Source of the DNA: Myxococcota bacterium
GTDB taxonomy: Bacteria; Myxococcota_A; Polyangia; Nannocystales; Nannocystaceae
NCBI GenBank assembly: GCA_039028615.1
Contig: JBCCHT010000043.1
Span: 32,001 to 96,000 of the forward strand
Direction of reading: 5' to 3'
DNA: 64,000 nt
Below are positions 26,855 through 38,906 of this stretch, one piece after another. The notes under the pieces were generated by a model that did no database searches, was not told the origin of the DNA, and was given only the letters and a program-made list of their open reading frames with translations. Each line of letters begins with the position of its first letter. Position 1 is the first letter of the stretch. A program made the position numbers and the translations under genes.

Positions 26855-27679
26855 ATGCCCCCCACCGAGTTCCTGGTCTTGGGCCTGGTGGCCCTGCTCT
26901 CGTTTGGGCTGAGTTACCTCGGCGCATCGGTGGGCTTGGTGTTCGGGCAGCTGCGCCTGCCGATCCTCGTGTACTGGCTGGGCTCGCCCGTCGTGGGGGC
27001 CGCCACCAGTCTGTGCATCTCGGCCGTGGCTGCGCTGGTGGGCGCGGCTCGACACGCCCGCGCGGGACGGGTCGACCCGCGGCTGTTGGTGACGATCGCC
27101 GTTCCGTCGGCCATCGCCGCGTGGCTGTCCGCTCAGATCGCCCCGCGCCTCGACCCCGGCCTCGTCAAGCTCTTCATCGGCCTGACCTTGGTCATCACCG
27201 GCTTGGTGATGCTGTGGTCGATGGCCCGGAGCCGACGCGAGGCGCTCGAGCGCAAGGGGCACGACGGCGCCGACGAGGTTGTCGACGACGATCCCCCCGA
27301 GGACGACGCGGCCCCACGGCCGCAGCTGGTGGCCGAGGTAGGTGTAGGCGCGAGCTTGGGCGCCATCGCGGGTGTTGTGGGGCTCCTGCTCGGCACCCTG
27401 CGATTGCCCGCCATGATGAAGCTCGGGGTCCAGGCCGACCGCGCCGTCGGCACCAACATGGCGATCGGCAGCATCACCGGGCTGGTTGCCGGAACGGCGG
27501 CCATGACCGAGGGGAACGTCGACCTGTGGGCATTCGGGGTGATCACCCCCGCCACCATGATCGGGGCCTATCTCGGCGCCAGCACCACGGGCAAGCTCGA
27601 CAAGGCGACCCTCCGCAAGCTCATCGCCTGGTCGCTGCTCGGGCTGGGAAGTTGGATGGCCGCCGAGCCTTGGTGGTGA
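26855..27679 (+). CDS. sulfite exporter TauE/SafE family membrane protein
   Basis: Duplicated hydrophobic halves with G.....R.P...AATSL and AVGTNM; GAYLGA. Confidence 0.8.
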   Translation: MPPTEFLVLGLVALLSFGLSYLGASVGLVFGQLRLPILVYWLGSPVVGAATSLCISAVAALVGAARHARAGRVDPRLLVTIAVPSAIAAWLSAQIAPRLDPGLVKLFIGLTLVITGLVMLWSMARSRREALERKGHDGADEVVDDDPPEDDAAPRPQLVAEVGVGASLGAIAGVVGLLLGTLRLPAMMKLGVQADRAVGTNMAIGSITGLVAGTAAMTEGNVDLWAFGVITPATMIGAYLGASTTGKLDKATLRKLIAWSLLGLGSWMAAEPWW

Positions 27680-27812
27680 GCCGAACGACGTTGAGGGAAG
27701 ATGCGCGTGATCGAGCGCCACCGATCCCAATTCAAGCCTCTTGCACGTCCATTGACTTGTCTGGGACCATTTGTGGGTATTTCAGCCGATTTCGGCCAGC
27801 CCGCTCACGCAC

Positions 27813-29822
<2,010 letters not shown>

Positions 29823-29825
29823 GGC

Positions 29826-30743
29826 TCAGGCCCCGTGCACGGCGAGGTTCGACACGCCGATGCGCAACTGCAACGTGCCCGAGCGACGCTCGACGATGTT
29901 GCCCGCGTCGCGGATCCCCGCTTTGACCAGCTGCTGGCGCGCTCGGTAGACCCACAGGTTGAGTAGCTGCAGGTCGATGCCCAGGTCCCGCACGAGATCC
30001 TCGCGATGGATCCAGCCGTGCTCGGAGTCCTTGAGGTGCTCACGCTCGCGGTCGGCCAGGCGAATGCGGGCCAGCGCCAGCAACAGCTGCGCGTGGGCAC
30101 GCGGCTCGATCTCCACCTTGCCGTGCTCGTGCGAGAGCCGAACCGCCACGTACTCGCCGTCGCGGCTGACGAAGAAGTCGAGCGAGATCGCATCGAGCGG
30201 CAGCGGCCGGCTCTCTGCGTCGCGGGTCTGGTCGGACACGGTCGGCAGGTAGATCGTCCACGACACGTCGCCGACCACCACGATCTCTCGATCGCTGATG
30301 ACCTTGGTCGCGTCGCCGCTCTCCATGACCCACTGCCCGGTCGCGTCTTCGAACACGGTGACCTCGGGGTTTTCACCCGAAGGCAGGCAGAGCAGGTTGG
30401 AATCGGCCAACACCGCCGGACCGTCGTTGCCCATCGCCATGAGGCGAGGCGGCTCGATCTCGGCCAGCGTGTAGCGGTCTTCGACGTCGCCGAACGCCAG
30501 CAATGAACCACGACCGATCGGCTTGCGCTCGCCCGCAGCGAGTCGCGTGCCGTCGACGAAGGTGCCATTGCGACTGCCGAGGTCTTGGACCATCCAACGA
30601 TCGCCATCCCAAGTGACTTCGGCGTGAAGCCCGGAGACTTGTGGCTGCGCCAAACGGAGCTGACACGCCGAGCCGCGACCCACTACGTGGTGTGCAGCAA
30701 GCACGTGCCCAACCCCCGAACTGAGGTGCTTGAGGAGTGCCAC
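29826..30743 (-). CDS. FHA domain protein with a C-terminal winged-helix-like region
   Basis: VGR...C.L.L..P.VSG.HA, DLGSRNGTFV; C-terminal N.WVYRARQQL...VERR...LRIG; start moved to GTG 30743. Confidence 0.8.
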   Translation of the reverse strand: MALLKHLSSGVGHVLAAHHVVGRGSACQLRLAQPQVSGLHAEVTWDGDRWMVQDLGSRNGTFVDGTRLAAGERKPIGRGSLLAFGDVEDRYTLAEIEPPRLMAMGNDGPAVLADSNLLCLPSGENPEVTVFEDATGQWVMESGDATKVISDREIVVVGDVSWTIYLPTVSDQTRDAESRPLPLDAISLDFFVSRDGEYVAVRLSHEHGKVEIEPRAHAQLLLALARIRLADREREHLKDSEHGWIHREDLVRDLGIDLQLLNLWVYRARQQLVKAGIRDAGNIVERRSGTLQLRIGVSNLAVHGA

Positions 30744-30980
30744 TCGGAACACCGTATCATCTCGCGGCGAGCCCGCTGGTTGTCCGGCGCACACTTCGTG
30801 TCTGCGCCCCGTGGGTGCCCTGCTCACGAATTCACGCCTCCGGGTGTGAATTTGGGTCTAGGCCCCACGATGGGTTTCGAATATCAGGGTTCGCCGTACA
30901 CGAGATTCTTCACGCCGCGGGGACGAGTTCATCGCCTTTTTTCGTGGCCCGCGAAGCCGGACTGAGACAATGGAATTCCC

Positions 30981-32348
30981 ATGACCTGGCTCCCGCTTGC
31001 CGGCCTCGTATTCGCCGCCACCACGGCGACCGCAGCGCCCGAGATCCACGAGACCGAAGCGGAACGACTCCACCGTAAAGGGGTCCACTGCATGGAGGTC
31101 ATCGAGCGCTCGGAATGCGCCATCGAGCACTTCGAAGCGCTGCTCGACTTGGACACGCGCCACCGCGAGCTGCTCACCGACGGCCTGCTCCGGCTCATCC
31201 GTCTGTATCGCAAAGAAGGTCGGGAGGAAGAGATCGGCCCGCTGCTGCGCCAGTTCTGGGACGCGGGCGGGGACCGGCGGTCCCGCGGGCACGTGCCCTA
31301 CTCGGCCCGCTTCCTGCCCGTCGAGATCAACATGATGCTGAACATCGACCCGCCGCGGGTGTTGAGCTCGGCGCTGATCGAGCGGGGCGACAACGTCGGC
31401 GAGTACCTGTTCACCTGCGACGACGTCCGCCGCAACGACATCGAGATCGAGCACCGCTGGCATCGCGCCGCCAAGCGAGCCGCCGTCGAGGGCCGCGAGA
31501 CCTGGGAGCTGTTCTACGAGGGTCTCGAAAAAGAGTGGGAGCGCGACCGCAAGCGGGCCGAGATGAAAGAAAAGCGAGAGAAGAAGCAGGAAGAAGGCCG
31601 GGACGCGCCGCCTTCGCTGCTCTTCGCCGTCTCGTGTCCGCTGGTCACCGCGCTGGGGCAGACGGACAACCGCGCCTGGCGGCGCATGACCGGGGCCTCG
31701 CATCACCGCGAGCGGGACAAGGTCGCGGCCATCTTCCAGATCGACGATCTGGATCGGCACCTCGCGTCCGCGGTGGAGGCGGGGCGCCTCGTGCCCGACG
31801 GCCCCGGCCGCTGGAGCCTGCCCGACTTCGAGTTCGGCGAGCAGACCGTGCGCATCGCCTCGCTCGATCACGACGAGCTGGTCGTCGCCCCCGTCCCCAT
31901 CCTCGACCAGATGCAGGCCGCCCGGCGCAAGCGCAAGCGCAACATGAACCGCGAGCTCGACAAGCTCATCGGCAAGGTCCCCAAGGACACCGGAATGTTC
32001 GTCGTGTTCAACCAGGCTGCGCTGCGCGAGCTGGGCTTCGGCGACATCGAGAAGCGCTCGCTGCGGAGCACGCTCGAGACCCTGCTGCCGCGCCCCAAGG
32101 GCTTGCAGGTCGCCGCCGTGTTCGGCGACTCGGTCGGCATGTTCACCCGGGTGCCCACCAACTCGGCCGTCCGCGGCAAGATGCTGGTGTCGCTCGCCAA
32201 CGCCCTGCTCTCCCGGAGCGCCGAGGAGGACGAAGAGTCCGCCAAGTGGATCGAGGGCCTCGACGTCGCCGAAGCCTCCGATCGCAAGGCCCTGCTGGCG
32301 AGCTACGTGCTGAGCCAAGCCCGGCTCGAAGAGATTCTCTTCGACTGA
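30981..32348 (+). CDS. hypothetical secreted protein
   Basis: Signal peptide (LAGLVFAATTATAA), strong GC3 bias, helical and charged; no family recognised. Confidence 0.7.
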   Translation: MTWLPLAGLVFAATTATAAPEIHETEAERLHRKGVHCMEVIERSECAIEHFEALLDLDTRHRELLTDGLLRLIRLYRKEGREEEIGPLLRQFWDAGGDRRSRGHVPYSARFLPVEINMMLNIDPPRVLSSALIERGDNVGEYLFTCDDVRRNDIEIEHRWHRAAKRAAVEGRETWELFYEGLEKEWERDRKRAEMKEKREKKQEEGRDAPPSLLFAVSCPLVTALGQTDNRAWRRMTGASHHRERDKVAAIFQIDDLDRHLASAVEAGRLVPDGPGRWSLPDFEFGEQTVRIASLDHDELVVAPVPILDQMQAARRKRKRNMNRELDKLIGKVPKDTGMFVVFNQAALRELGFGDIEKRSLRSTLETLLPRPKGLQVAAVFGDSVGMFTRVPTNSAVRGKMLVSLANALLSRSAEEDEESAKWIEGLDVAEASDRKALLASYVLSQARLEEILFD

Positions 32349-32440
32349 CGCGAGCGCCCCTAGACGCCCTGACACCGCGTTTTGCTCCGCCGGCGTCCTG
32401 GCGCCTGACAGGACGCTCCGCGGTGCTCTACGATGGGTGA

Positions 32441-34102
32441 ATGCGTCGTATTGCCCTGCTTAGTTGCCTTGGCCTCCCCCTCGCTGCCGGATGTGCGGGA
32501 GACGACAGCCCCCCCGCCGAAGCCGGCACGACGACCGGCGATACGACCTTCGGCGAGGAGGGCAGCACCACCATGGAGCAGGGCGACAGCATGGTCGCGG
32601 ACACCACCGCGGGTGAGGGCAGCAGCAGCAGCGGCGACGAGGGCCCCGAGCCTCCGCCCCCCCTGCCCCCGCTCGACGACGCGCCCACCACCGAGGACGA
32701 GCGCATCGTCCCCACCCACGTGATCGAGGCCCGGCCCACGCTCGACCCGCGCATTCCCGAGCAGCGCAACCAGCTGCTCGACGAGGGCTACGGCGAGTAC
32801 GACCTCGACCCGGGCGAAGCGGTCATGCCGATCACCCCCGCGGGGCGCCCCGTGCCCGAGCCGGGCCCCGGTGCCGAGCTCGTCTCTCGCTTCGTGCACC
32901 TGGCCGACACCCAGATCGCCGACGACGAGTCGCCCCTGCGGCTGATCGGGGTCGACAGCCTGTTCATCGCGGGTGGCTTCCGGCCCCAGGAGTCCTACGG
33001 CTGCATGACCACCAACGCGGCCGTGCGCACGATCAACGCCGTGAACGCCGAGACCCCGCTCGACTTCGTGGTGCTCGGGGGCGACAACGCAGACTCGGGC
33101 CAGCAAAACGAGGTGCAGTGGTTCCTCGACATCCTCGACGGCGCCCCGGTGGTGCACTGCGACTCGGGCGACGACAACGATCCCGAGCCCGGCGAGGCCA
33201 ACGACCCCAAGGACCCCATCGCCCCGGTCGGGCTCGACGTGCCGTGGATCTGGGTCACGGGCAACCACGACGTGCTCAACCAGGGCTCGCTGCCCATCGA
33301 GCCCATGCTCGAGGACGCGGTGGGCTCGAGTGTCCCCGCGGGCAACTCGAGCCGGGACTGGTCGCAGCCGGGCGGCCCCGTCTTCGACGGACCGGTGGTC
33401 CCCGACCCCGCACGGGCTCTCGTCGCGGGCACCGAGCTGCTCACCCAGGTCTCGCTCAGCGGAGACGGGCACGGCATCACCAAGGAGATCGCGGACACGG
33501 GCGTGGCCACCTACGCCTGGGACGTCGAGGGCACCGACCTGCGCATGGTGGTGGTCGACAGCACCGCGGGCTCGGGCGGCGCCCTGGGCCTGGTCACCGA
33601 GACCGAGGTCGAAGAACGCATCCGGCCGCTGCTCGACCAGGCCGAGACCGACGGCGCGCTGGTGTTCATCTCCACCCACCACTGCTCCAACTCGCTGTCC
33701 GACGGCTCGGGTCTCGGGGTCGAACCTGCGCCCGATCCGATCGAGCCCGCCGACTGGCAGGCGTTCCTCGGCGAGTACCCCAACGTGCTCGCGCACCTGT
33801 GCGGCCACTCGCACGTGCACCAAGCCGAGTACATCCAACCCGTCGGCACCCGCGGTTACTGGGAGATCATCACCGCCGCGATCGCCGACTGGCCGCACCA
33901 GATGCGCCTGGTCGAGGTCCACGATCAGGACAACGGTTGGTACACGCTCACGGGCATCGCCTTCGACCTGTCGACCGAGGGTGATCCCCTCGCCGAGCAG
34001 GGTCGCGCGCTCGGCATCTTGGACTTCACCTCCGGCTGGCAGCTCGACGGGTCGGGGACTCCCTCGGATCGCAACGTCCAGCTTTGGATCGAAGCCCCGT
34101 AG
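32441..34102 (+). CDS. calcineurin-like metallophosphoesterase lipoprotein
   Basis: LAAGC lipobox; HLADTQ..D.ESP.R, GGDNAD, GNHD, THH, CGHSH. Confidence 0.85.
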   Translation: MRRIALLSCLGLPLAAGCAGDDSPPAEAGTTTGDTTFGEEGSTTMEQGDSMVADTTAGEGSSSSGDEGPEPPPPLPPLDDAPTTEDERIVPTHVIEARPTLDPRIPEQRNQLLDEGYGEYDLDPGEAVMPITPAGRPVPEPGPGAELVSRFVHLADTQIADDESPLRLIGVDSLFIAGGFRPQESYGCMTTNAAVRTINAVNAETPLDFVVLGGDNADSGQQNEVQWFLDILDGAPVVHCDSGDDNDPEPGEANDPKDPIAPVGLDVPWIWVTGNHDVLNQGSLPIEPMLEDAVGSSVPAGNSSRDWSQPGGPVFDGPVVPDPARALVAGTELLTQVSLSGDGHGITKEIADTGVATYAWDVEGTDLRMVVVDSTAGSGGALGLVTETEVEERIRPLLDQAETDGALVFISTHHCSNSLSDGSGLGVEPAPDPIEPADWQAFLGEYPNVLAHLCGHSHVHQAEYIQPVGTRGYWEIITAAIADWPHQMRLVEVHDQDNGWYTLTGIAFDLSTEGDPLAEQGRALGILDFTSGWQLDGSGTPSDRNVQLWIEAP

Positions 34103-34129
34103 CGGGCGCGGGTGCTACCATCGTCCGGC

Positions 34130-34753
34130 GTGCCCACGGATTTCGAGCTCCTCGAGGCATGGCGTGCGGGTGACCGCATGGCCGGCAACTCGCTCTTCGA
34201 TCGCTACTTCGACAGCCTGTTTCGGTTCTTCCGCAACAAGGCCAACGAGAACGCGGACGACTTGGTGCAGCAGACCTTCTTGGCCTGTGTGAAGAGCCGT
34301 GAGCACTTCCGTGGAGACGCCAGCTTTCGTACCTACCTGTTCACCGCCGCGCGCAGCAAGCTCTACGACCACCTCAACAAGCGCCGCCGCGAAGAGGGCA
34401 TCGACTACGGCGTGACCTCCTGCGCCGACCTCGGCATCTCGCCCACGGGCATCATCGCCAACGACGAGCAGCAGCGCGTGCTCCTGGCCGCCCTACGGCA
34501 GCTGCCCGTCGATCTCCAGGTCGCCCTCGAGCTGTACTACTTCGAACAGATTCGGGGACCCGAGCTCGCCATCGTCCTCGACGTCCCCGAGGGCACCGTG
34601 CGCAGCCGCCTGCGTCGTGGCCGCGACATCCTGCGCCAGCGCCTCGAAGAGCTGATGGCCAACCCCAAGGTCGTCGAGAGCACCATGACCGACCTCGACT
34701 CGTGGGCCAAGGCGCTGCGCGACAACGTGCTCGGCCCGGGCGGCGACAATTAG
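34130..34753 (+). CDS. ECF RNA polymerase sigma factor
   Basis: DFELLEAWRAGD, DDLVQQTF, FRTYLF..AR, LELYYFE, ELA..L.VPEGTVRSRLRR. Confidence 0.9.
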   Translation: MPTDFELLEAWRAGDRMAGNSLFDRYFDSLFRFFRNKANENADDLVQQTFLACVKSREHFRGDASFRTYLFTAARSKLYDHLNKRRREEGIDYGVTSCADLGISPTGIIANDEQQRVLLAALRQLPVDLQVALELYYFEQIRGPELAIVLDVPEGTVRSRLRRGRDILRQRLEELMANPKVVESTMTDLDSWAKALRDNVLGPGGDN

Positions 34754-34818
34754 CGTCGGGTCCTATTTTTTTTCGCGGGCGCCGTCATCGGGCCCGATCG
34801 CCGCGGCAATGAGGGGCC

Positions 34819-35517
34819 ATGCGCTTCCCGATGCTCCTCGCCGCCCTCTCTCTGACCGGTTCGTTCGCGTCCGGCTGCTCCGTCGAGACCGTGGACGACC
34901 CCACGCCCACGATGGCGGAGGAGACCCTGCACCCGCGCGCCGCCGGCAGTGAGCAGCTGCAGCAGGCCATGGCTCAGGTGGACCTCGCGGTCGAGATGCT
35001 GACCACCACTCCCGAGCCCGATATCCCTTGGGTCCTCGACGAGGTGCAGGAAATCGCCGCGGAAATCGACTTCGTGACGCTGAGCGAGTCGGAGCAGAAG
35101 CTGCTCGACGAGTACGTCAAATCCAAGAAGGACGAAGTCCTGCCCGTGCTCTCGCTCATCAACGGACACGGCGTGCCCTTCGATGACGACCCGTTCACCC
35201 CGTCCCCGCAGGACGGGCTGTGCTCCGCCTATTGCCTGCTCTTCTTCCAGTTCGCGTGCGAGGACGGCACCTTCATGGGTCTGTGTCTCGGGGCGTGGGA
35301 CTGCGGCGACCAGATGGGCCTCCACGAGTGCGGCAACGCGGTGCCCGAGGTTCCGGGCGACTGCGGCGGAGACGTCTGCGACGCCGACGAGCGCTGTGCC
35401 CGCTGGGTCTTCAAGCCGCACGAGTGCGTCGAGACCTGCGACGACGACAGCGACTGCTCGAACCCGGCGCATCAGTGCAAGCAGCCGATCGGCACGTCGT
35501 TCAAGCGCTGCAAGTAA
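34819..35517 (+). CDS. lipoprotein with a Cys-rich C-terminal domain
   Basis: ASGC lipobox; many Cys in the C-terminal half; GAGGGG ribosome-binding site. Confidence 0.7.
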   Translation: MRFPMLLAALSLTGSFASGCSVETVDDPTPTMAEETLHPRAAGSEQLQQAMAQVDLAVEMLTTTPEPDIPWVLDEVQEIAAEIDFVTLSESEQKLLDEYVKSKKDEVLPVLSLINGHGVPFDDDPFTPSPQDGLCSAYCLLFFQFACEDGTFMGLCLGAWDCGDQMGLHECGNAVPEVPGDCGGDVCDADERCARWVFKPHECVETCDDDSDCSNPAHQCKQPIGTSFKRCK

Positions 35518-35662
35518 CCCGATCGGATTCATCGGGGGATTCGACCAGGAAACGTGGCGCGGCGGGGGATGGGCCCGTCGCGCCCGTTTCCTGAGCTCGA
35601 TGGGGGCGCTACGAGACCGTGCGCCGCATGATCAGCTTCGCCTTCCGAGATGTCCGCAGCGG

Positions 35663-38221
35663 CTAGCCGACCACCTGGACCGTCACGTCGTTGTGGATGA
35701 GCACGAACAGGTCGGTCCCGGGGATGGTGTAGCGCTGGAAGTCGCCGTGGAGTACGGGGCCGAACCAGTCGCCGCCGTCCAGCCAGACCACGTCATCGGC
35801 ATCGCCGTAGATGTGGATGTCGTTGGTCGTCTCCGAGAGGTTCAGCAGGTCGAGGGCCGAGGTGATGAGCGAGGTCGGGCCGTCGGGGCTGAGCTGGATC
35901 GCTTCGATGCTCGACAGCGGGATGGTGTCGAAGGCCGTGAGGTCGAGATCCACGCCCGCGCTCAGGGCCAGGGTGTCCGTGCCCAAGCCGCCGTCGAAGT
36001 GGTGGAGGTTGAGATCGGCGAGGACCAGCGTGTCGTCGCCTTGGCCCGCGAAGATCACGTCGGGGCCGCCGTCGCTGTAGATGATGTCGTCGCCGCGGCC
36101 CGCCACGAGGGTGTCCGCCGCGAGCCCGCGGGGGGCGTGCAGGGTGTCGTCGAGGTCTGTGCCCTGGCGGGTGGTGGTGCCCGTGATGTCGTCGCCGAAG
36201 ATCAGGTAGGTCTCGCCCGAAGACGACAGGGAATTGGGATCCGCTCCGTAGGCGCCGATCAGGATGTCTCCGTAGCCATCGCCATCGACGTCTCCAGCCG
36301 CACTCACGGAGCGCCCTGCGAAGTCATCGGGGCTGATGCCCTCGAAGCGAAGATCGGCTTCGGTGACGCTCAGAAGTGGTGGCAGCACCGGTCCGCCGAG
36401 GATCAAGTACACCTCCCCACGTTCTTCGTCTCCATCGATATCGGTCTCCGCCGCGCCGATGAGCAAGTCGGCAAAGCCATCGCCGTTGAAATCCCCGGCA
36501 CCACTGAGCGCTGCTCCACTGCGGGCGAGGTACTGCACCCCCGGGACTCTGACGTCGGCCATCGCCAGGTCGATCACGGGAGGAACCGCGGGCCCGCCGT
36601 AGACGACAAAGCTCTGCCCGGCTTGGGCGAAGGTATCGACCTCGGTGCGGGGTGCTGCGACCACGACATCGTCGTACCCATCGCCATTGACGTCGCCCAC
36701 GCCACTGACCACCTCGCCCGCGTCCGCGCTCGCATCGAAGCCATCGAGGCGAACATCGGCGTCGGCCAGGGAGAGCACGGCCGGCAAGTCCGGGGCGCCG
36801 TAGATGATGTAGGTCTCTCCGGTGTTCGCGACCGTGGGTAGGTCGGCATCAGGCGCTCCGATCAGGAGGTCGGCGTAGCCGTCACCGTTGAAGTCTCCGG
36901 CCGAGCTGACGGAGGTGCCCGAGATGTCCGAGCTGTCGATTCCGTCGAAGCGGACGTCGGCCCCCGTCAGCCAGAGTTGTGAGGCCATGTTCTCTCCTCC
37001 GAAGAGCAGATACGACGCTCCCGTGAAGCTCTGCCCTGCCTCATCAGCCCCGTACGCACCGATGATGATGTCGTCCCACCCATCGCCGTTCACGTCCCCC
37101 GCCCCGGCCAGGTCCCATCCCGAGAAATCACTCGAGTCGACCCCTCTCGCCACCATGTCGGCGTTGCCGAGAGACCACGGGGATACCAGCGCTGCGCCGC
37201 CAGTCACCAGGTAGCTCTCCCCGCCGTTGCTCCCCGTCAGCTCTGCATTGGGTGCACCGATGAGGAAATCGGCGAGCGTATCCCCGTCCACATCGCCAGC
37301 GAACGCCACCACATGCCCGGAGTAGTCGTTTTGATTGACACCCTCGAACACGAACACGGCTGTGCCCAGCGGGACGACGGGCGGCAGCGCGGGTCCACCA
37401 TGCACGAGATAGGTCCGCCCGGCATTGGTCCCCGTGTCCGGATCGGAGTACCGCGCTCCGACCACGATGTCGTGGTAGCCGTCGCCGTTGAAGTCCCCTC
37501 CGCCAGCCACCGACCAACCCGACTGCTCACCCGACTCATCCCCTTGGAGCCGCACCCCCTTTCGCCCCAGCTCCCCCAGCCCCACGACCCCATCCTCGGC
37601 CTGGAGCACGATGCGAACCTCCGCCGTATCCGTCTGCCCCGCCTCGTCGGCCACCGTGTAGGAAAACGAGTCCGAGCCATACGGAAGGTCCCCGGGCGGC
37701 AGATACGAAAACCCGCCCGTCGCCGGATCGAGCACCACCATCCCACCCTCGACCGTCATCGGATCCCACGCCACCACCGAGAGCATCGAGCCCTCCGGAT
37801 CGACATCGTTGGCCAAGATCCCATCGACCTGCTCGACCTCGAGCACCTGCCCAGCGATGCCGACGTGCGGCCCATCGTCGACCGCGACCGGAGGCTCGTC
37901 GACGGGTGCTGCCCCCGTGCTCCCCGTCTCCTCCCCCGTATCGCCATCCGTGCCCGTATCCGGGTCGATTCCGCCAGAGCTCGTGCTCTCGGCCTCGTCC
38001 GCGGTGGTCCCCTCGTCCGTCTCGTCGCCGCCTCCCGTGGTGTCCACCGCGTCGTCGGCTCCGCTCGGCACCGCGCCCGTCGACGCCAGGTCGGCCCCGG
38101 AAGGCTCCCCCTGCGTCGCCCCCTGCGACGATCCTCCGCCGTCGGCGACGACGTCGTCACCCGGATCGAAGCACGCCCCGGTCAGGAGGTTCATCGCGGC
38201 CAGGCTCGCCACGATCGACAT
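35663..38221 (-). CDS. surface lipoprotein adhesin: cadherin/Ig-like domain, FG-GAP (integrin-alpha-like) repeats, RTX-like Gly/Asp repeats
   Basis: LTGAC lipobox; PVAVDD..G.LAND.DPEG..DSFSYTV; about seven GD.NGDGY.D...GAP repeats; AG.GDD.I motifs; start may be 38248. Confidence 0.85.
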   Translation of the reverse strand: MSIVASLAAMNLLTGACFDPGDDVVADGGGSSQGATQGEPSGADLASTGAVPSGADDAVDTTGGGDETDEGTTADEAESTSSGGIDPDTGTDGDTGEETGSTGAAPVDEPPVAVDDGPHVGIAGQVLEVEQVDGILANDVDPEGSMLSVVAWDPMTVEGGMVVLDPATGGFSYLPPGDLPYGSDSFSYTVADEAGQTDTAEVRIVLQAEDGVVGLGELGRKGVRLQGDESGEQSGWSVAGGGDFNGDGYHDIVVGARYSDPDTGTNAGRTYLVHGGPALPPVVPLGTAVFVFEGVNQNDYSGHVVAFAGDVDGDTLADFLIGAPNAELTGSNGGESYLVTGGAALVSPWSLGNADMVARGVDSSDFSGWDLAGAGDVNGDGWDDIIIGAYGADEAGQSFTGASYLLFGGENMASQLWLTGADVRFDGIDSSDISGTSVSSAGDFNGDGYADLLIGAPDADLPTVANTGETYIIYGAPDLPAVLSLADADVRLDGFDASADAGEVVSGVGDVNGDGYDDVVVAAPRTEVDTFAQAGQSFVVYGGPAVPPVIDLAMADVRVPGVQYLARSGAALSGAGDFNGDGFADLLIGAAETDIDGDEERGEVYLILGGPVLPPLLSVTEADLRFEGISPDDFAGRSVSAAGDVDGDGYGDILIGAYGADPNSLSSSGETYLIFGDDITGTTTRQGTDLDDTLHAPRGLAADTLVAGRGDDIIYSDGGPDVIFAGQGDDTLVLADLNLHHFDGGLGTDTLALSAGVDLDLTAFDTIPLSSIEAIQLSPDGPTSLITSALDLLNLSETTNDIHIYGDADDVVWLDGGDWFGPVLHGDFQRYTIPGTDLFVLIHNDVTVQVVG

Positions 38222-38326
38222 TCGCTCGACTCCACGGAACTGGTTCACGCGGACTGATATCGAGACCGTGAGCCACTCCTGACGCCCCCCTCGTTTTTCG
38301 AATGATGTGAGGGCTCGGCGCCCGTC

Positions 38327-38851
38327 TCACCGGGCCGAACGCAGCGGCCCGCCCTTGGGCCCACGTGTGACGTCGGCATCCACGTAGTCGGGCCAGGTCG
38401 GTCGATGCTGATGGTCGAACACCAGCGAGGTCTCCACATGACCGATCGCCTCGTGCCCCGAGATGCGCTCCGCCACCAGCCGCCGCAAGTGCTCGACGTC
38501 CTGAACCGCCACGTGCACGAGAAAGTCGTGGGAGCCGGCGACATAGAACACGTCGATCACCTCGGGGATGTCTTGGACGTGGGCCCCGAAGTCGTCGAGC
38601 AGGGTGGTCGCGTGCCGAGCCATGCGGACGAACACGATCGCCCGCAGCCCGATCCCGAACGCGGCCGGGCGCACGTCGGCATGGAAGCCTCGGACCCATC
38701 CCTCGTCGACCAGTCTCTTCACCCGCACGTGGCAGGTGGACGGCGCGAGACCGACCTCCGCCGCGAGCTCCTTGTTGGACATCCGAGCATCCTTCGAAAG
38801 CAGGCCGAGCAACTGACGATCGATTCGGTCGAGGGGCGCGTTTTCGGACAT
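38327..38851 (-). CDS. Lrp/AsnC family transcriptional regulator
   Basis: LDRIDRQLL..L.KDAR.SNKELA..VGL.PSTC..RV.RL; V.G..DF. Confidence 0.95.
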   Translation of the reverse strand: MSENAPLDRIDRQLLGLLSKDARMSNKELAAEVGLAPSTCHVRVKRLVDEGWVRGFHADVRPAAFGIGLRAIVFVRMARHATTLLDDFGAHVQDIPEVIDVFYVAGSHDFLVHVAVQDVEHLRRLVAERISGHEAIGHVETSLVFDHQHRPTWPDYVDADVTRGPKGGPLRSAR

Positions 38852-38906
38852 CGAACGAAGATTATTCGATGGAACAAAGCTCAGGGCAGACTATTTTCGA
38901 CAACAA

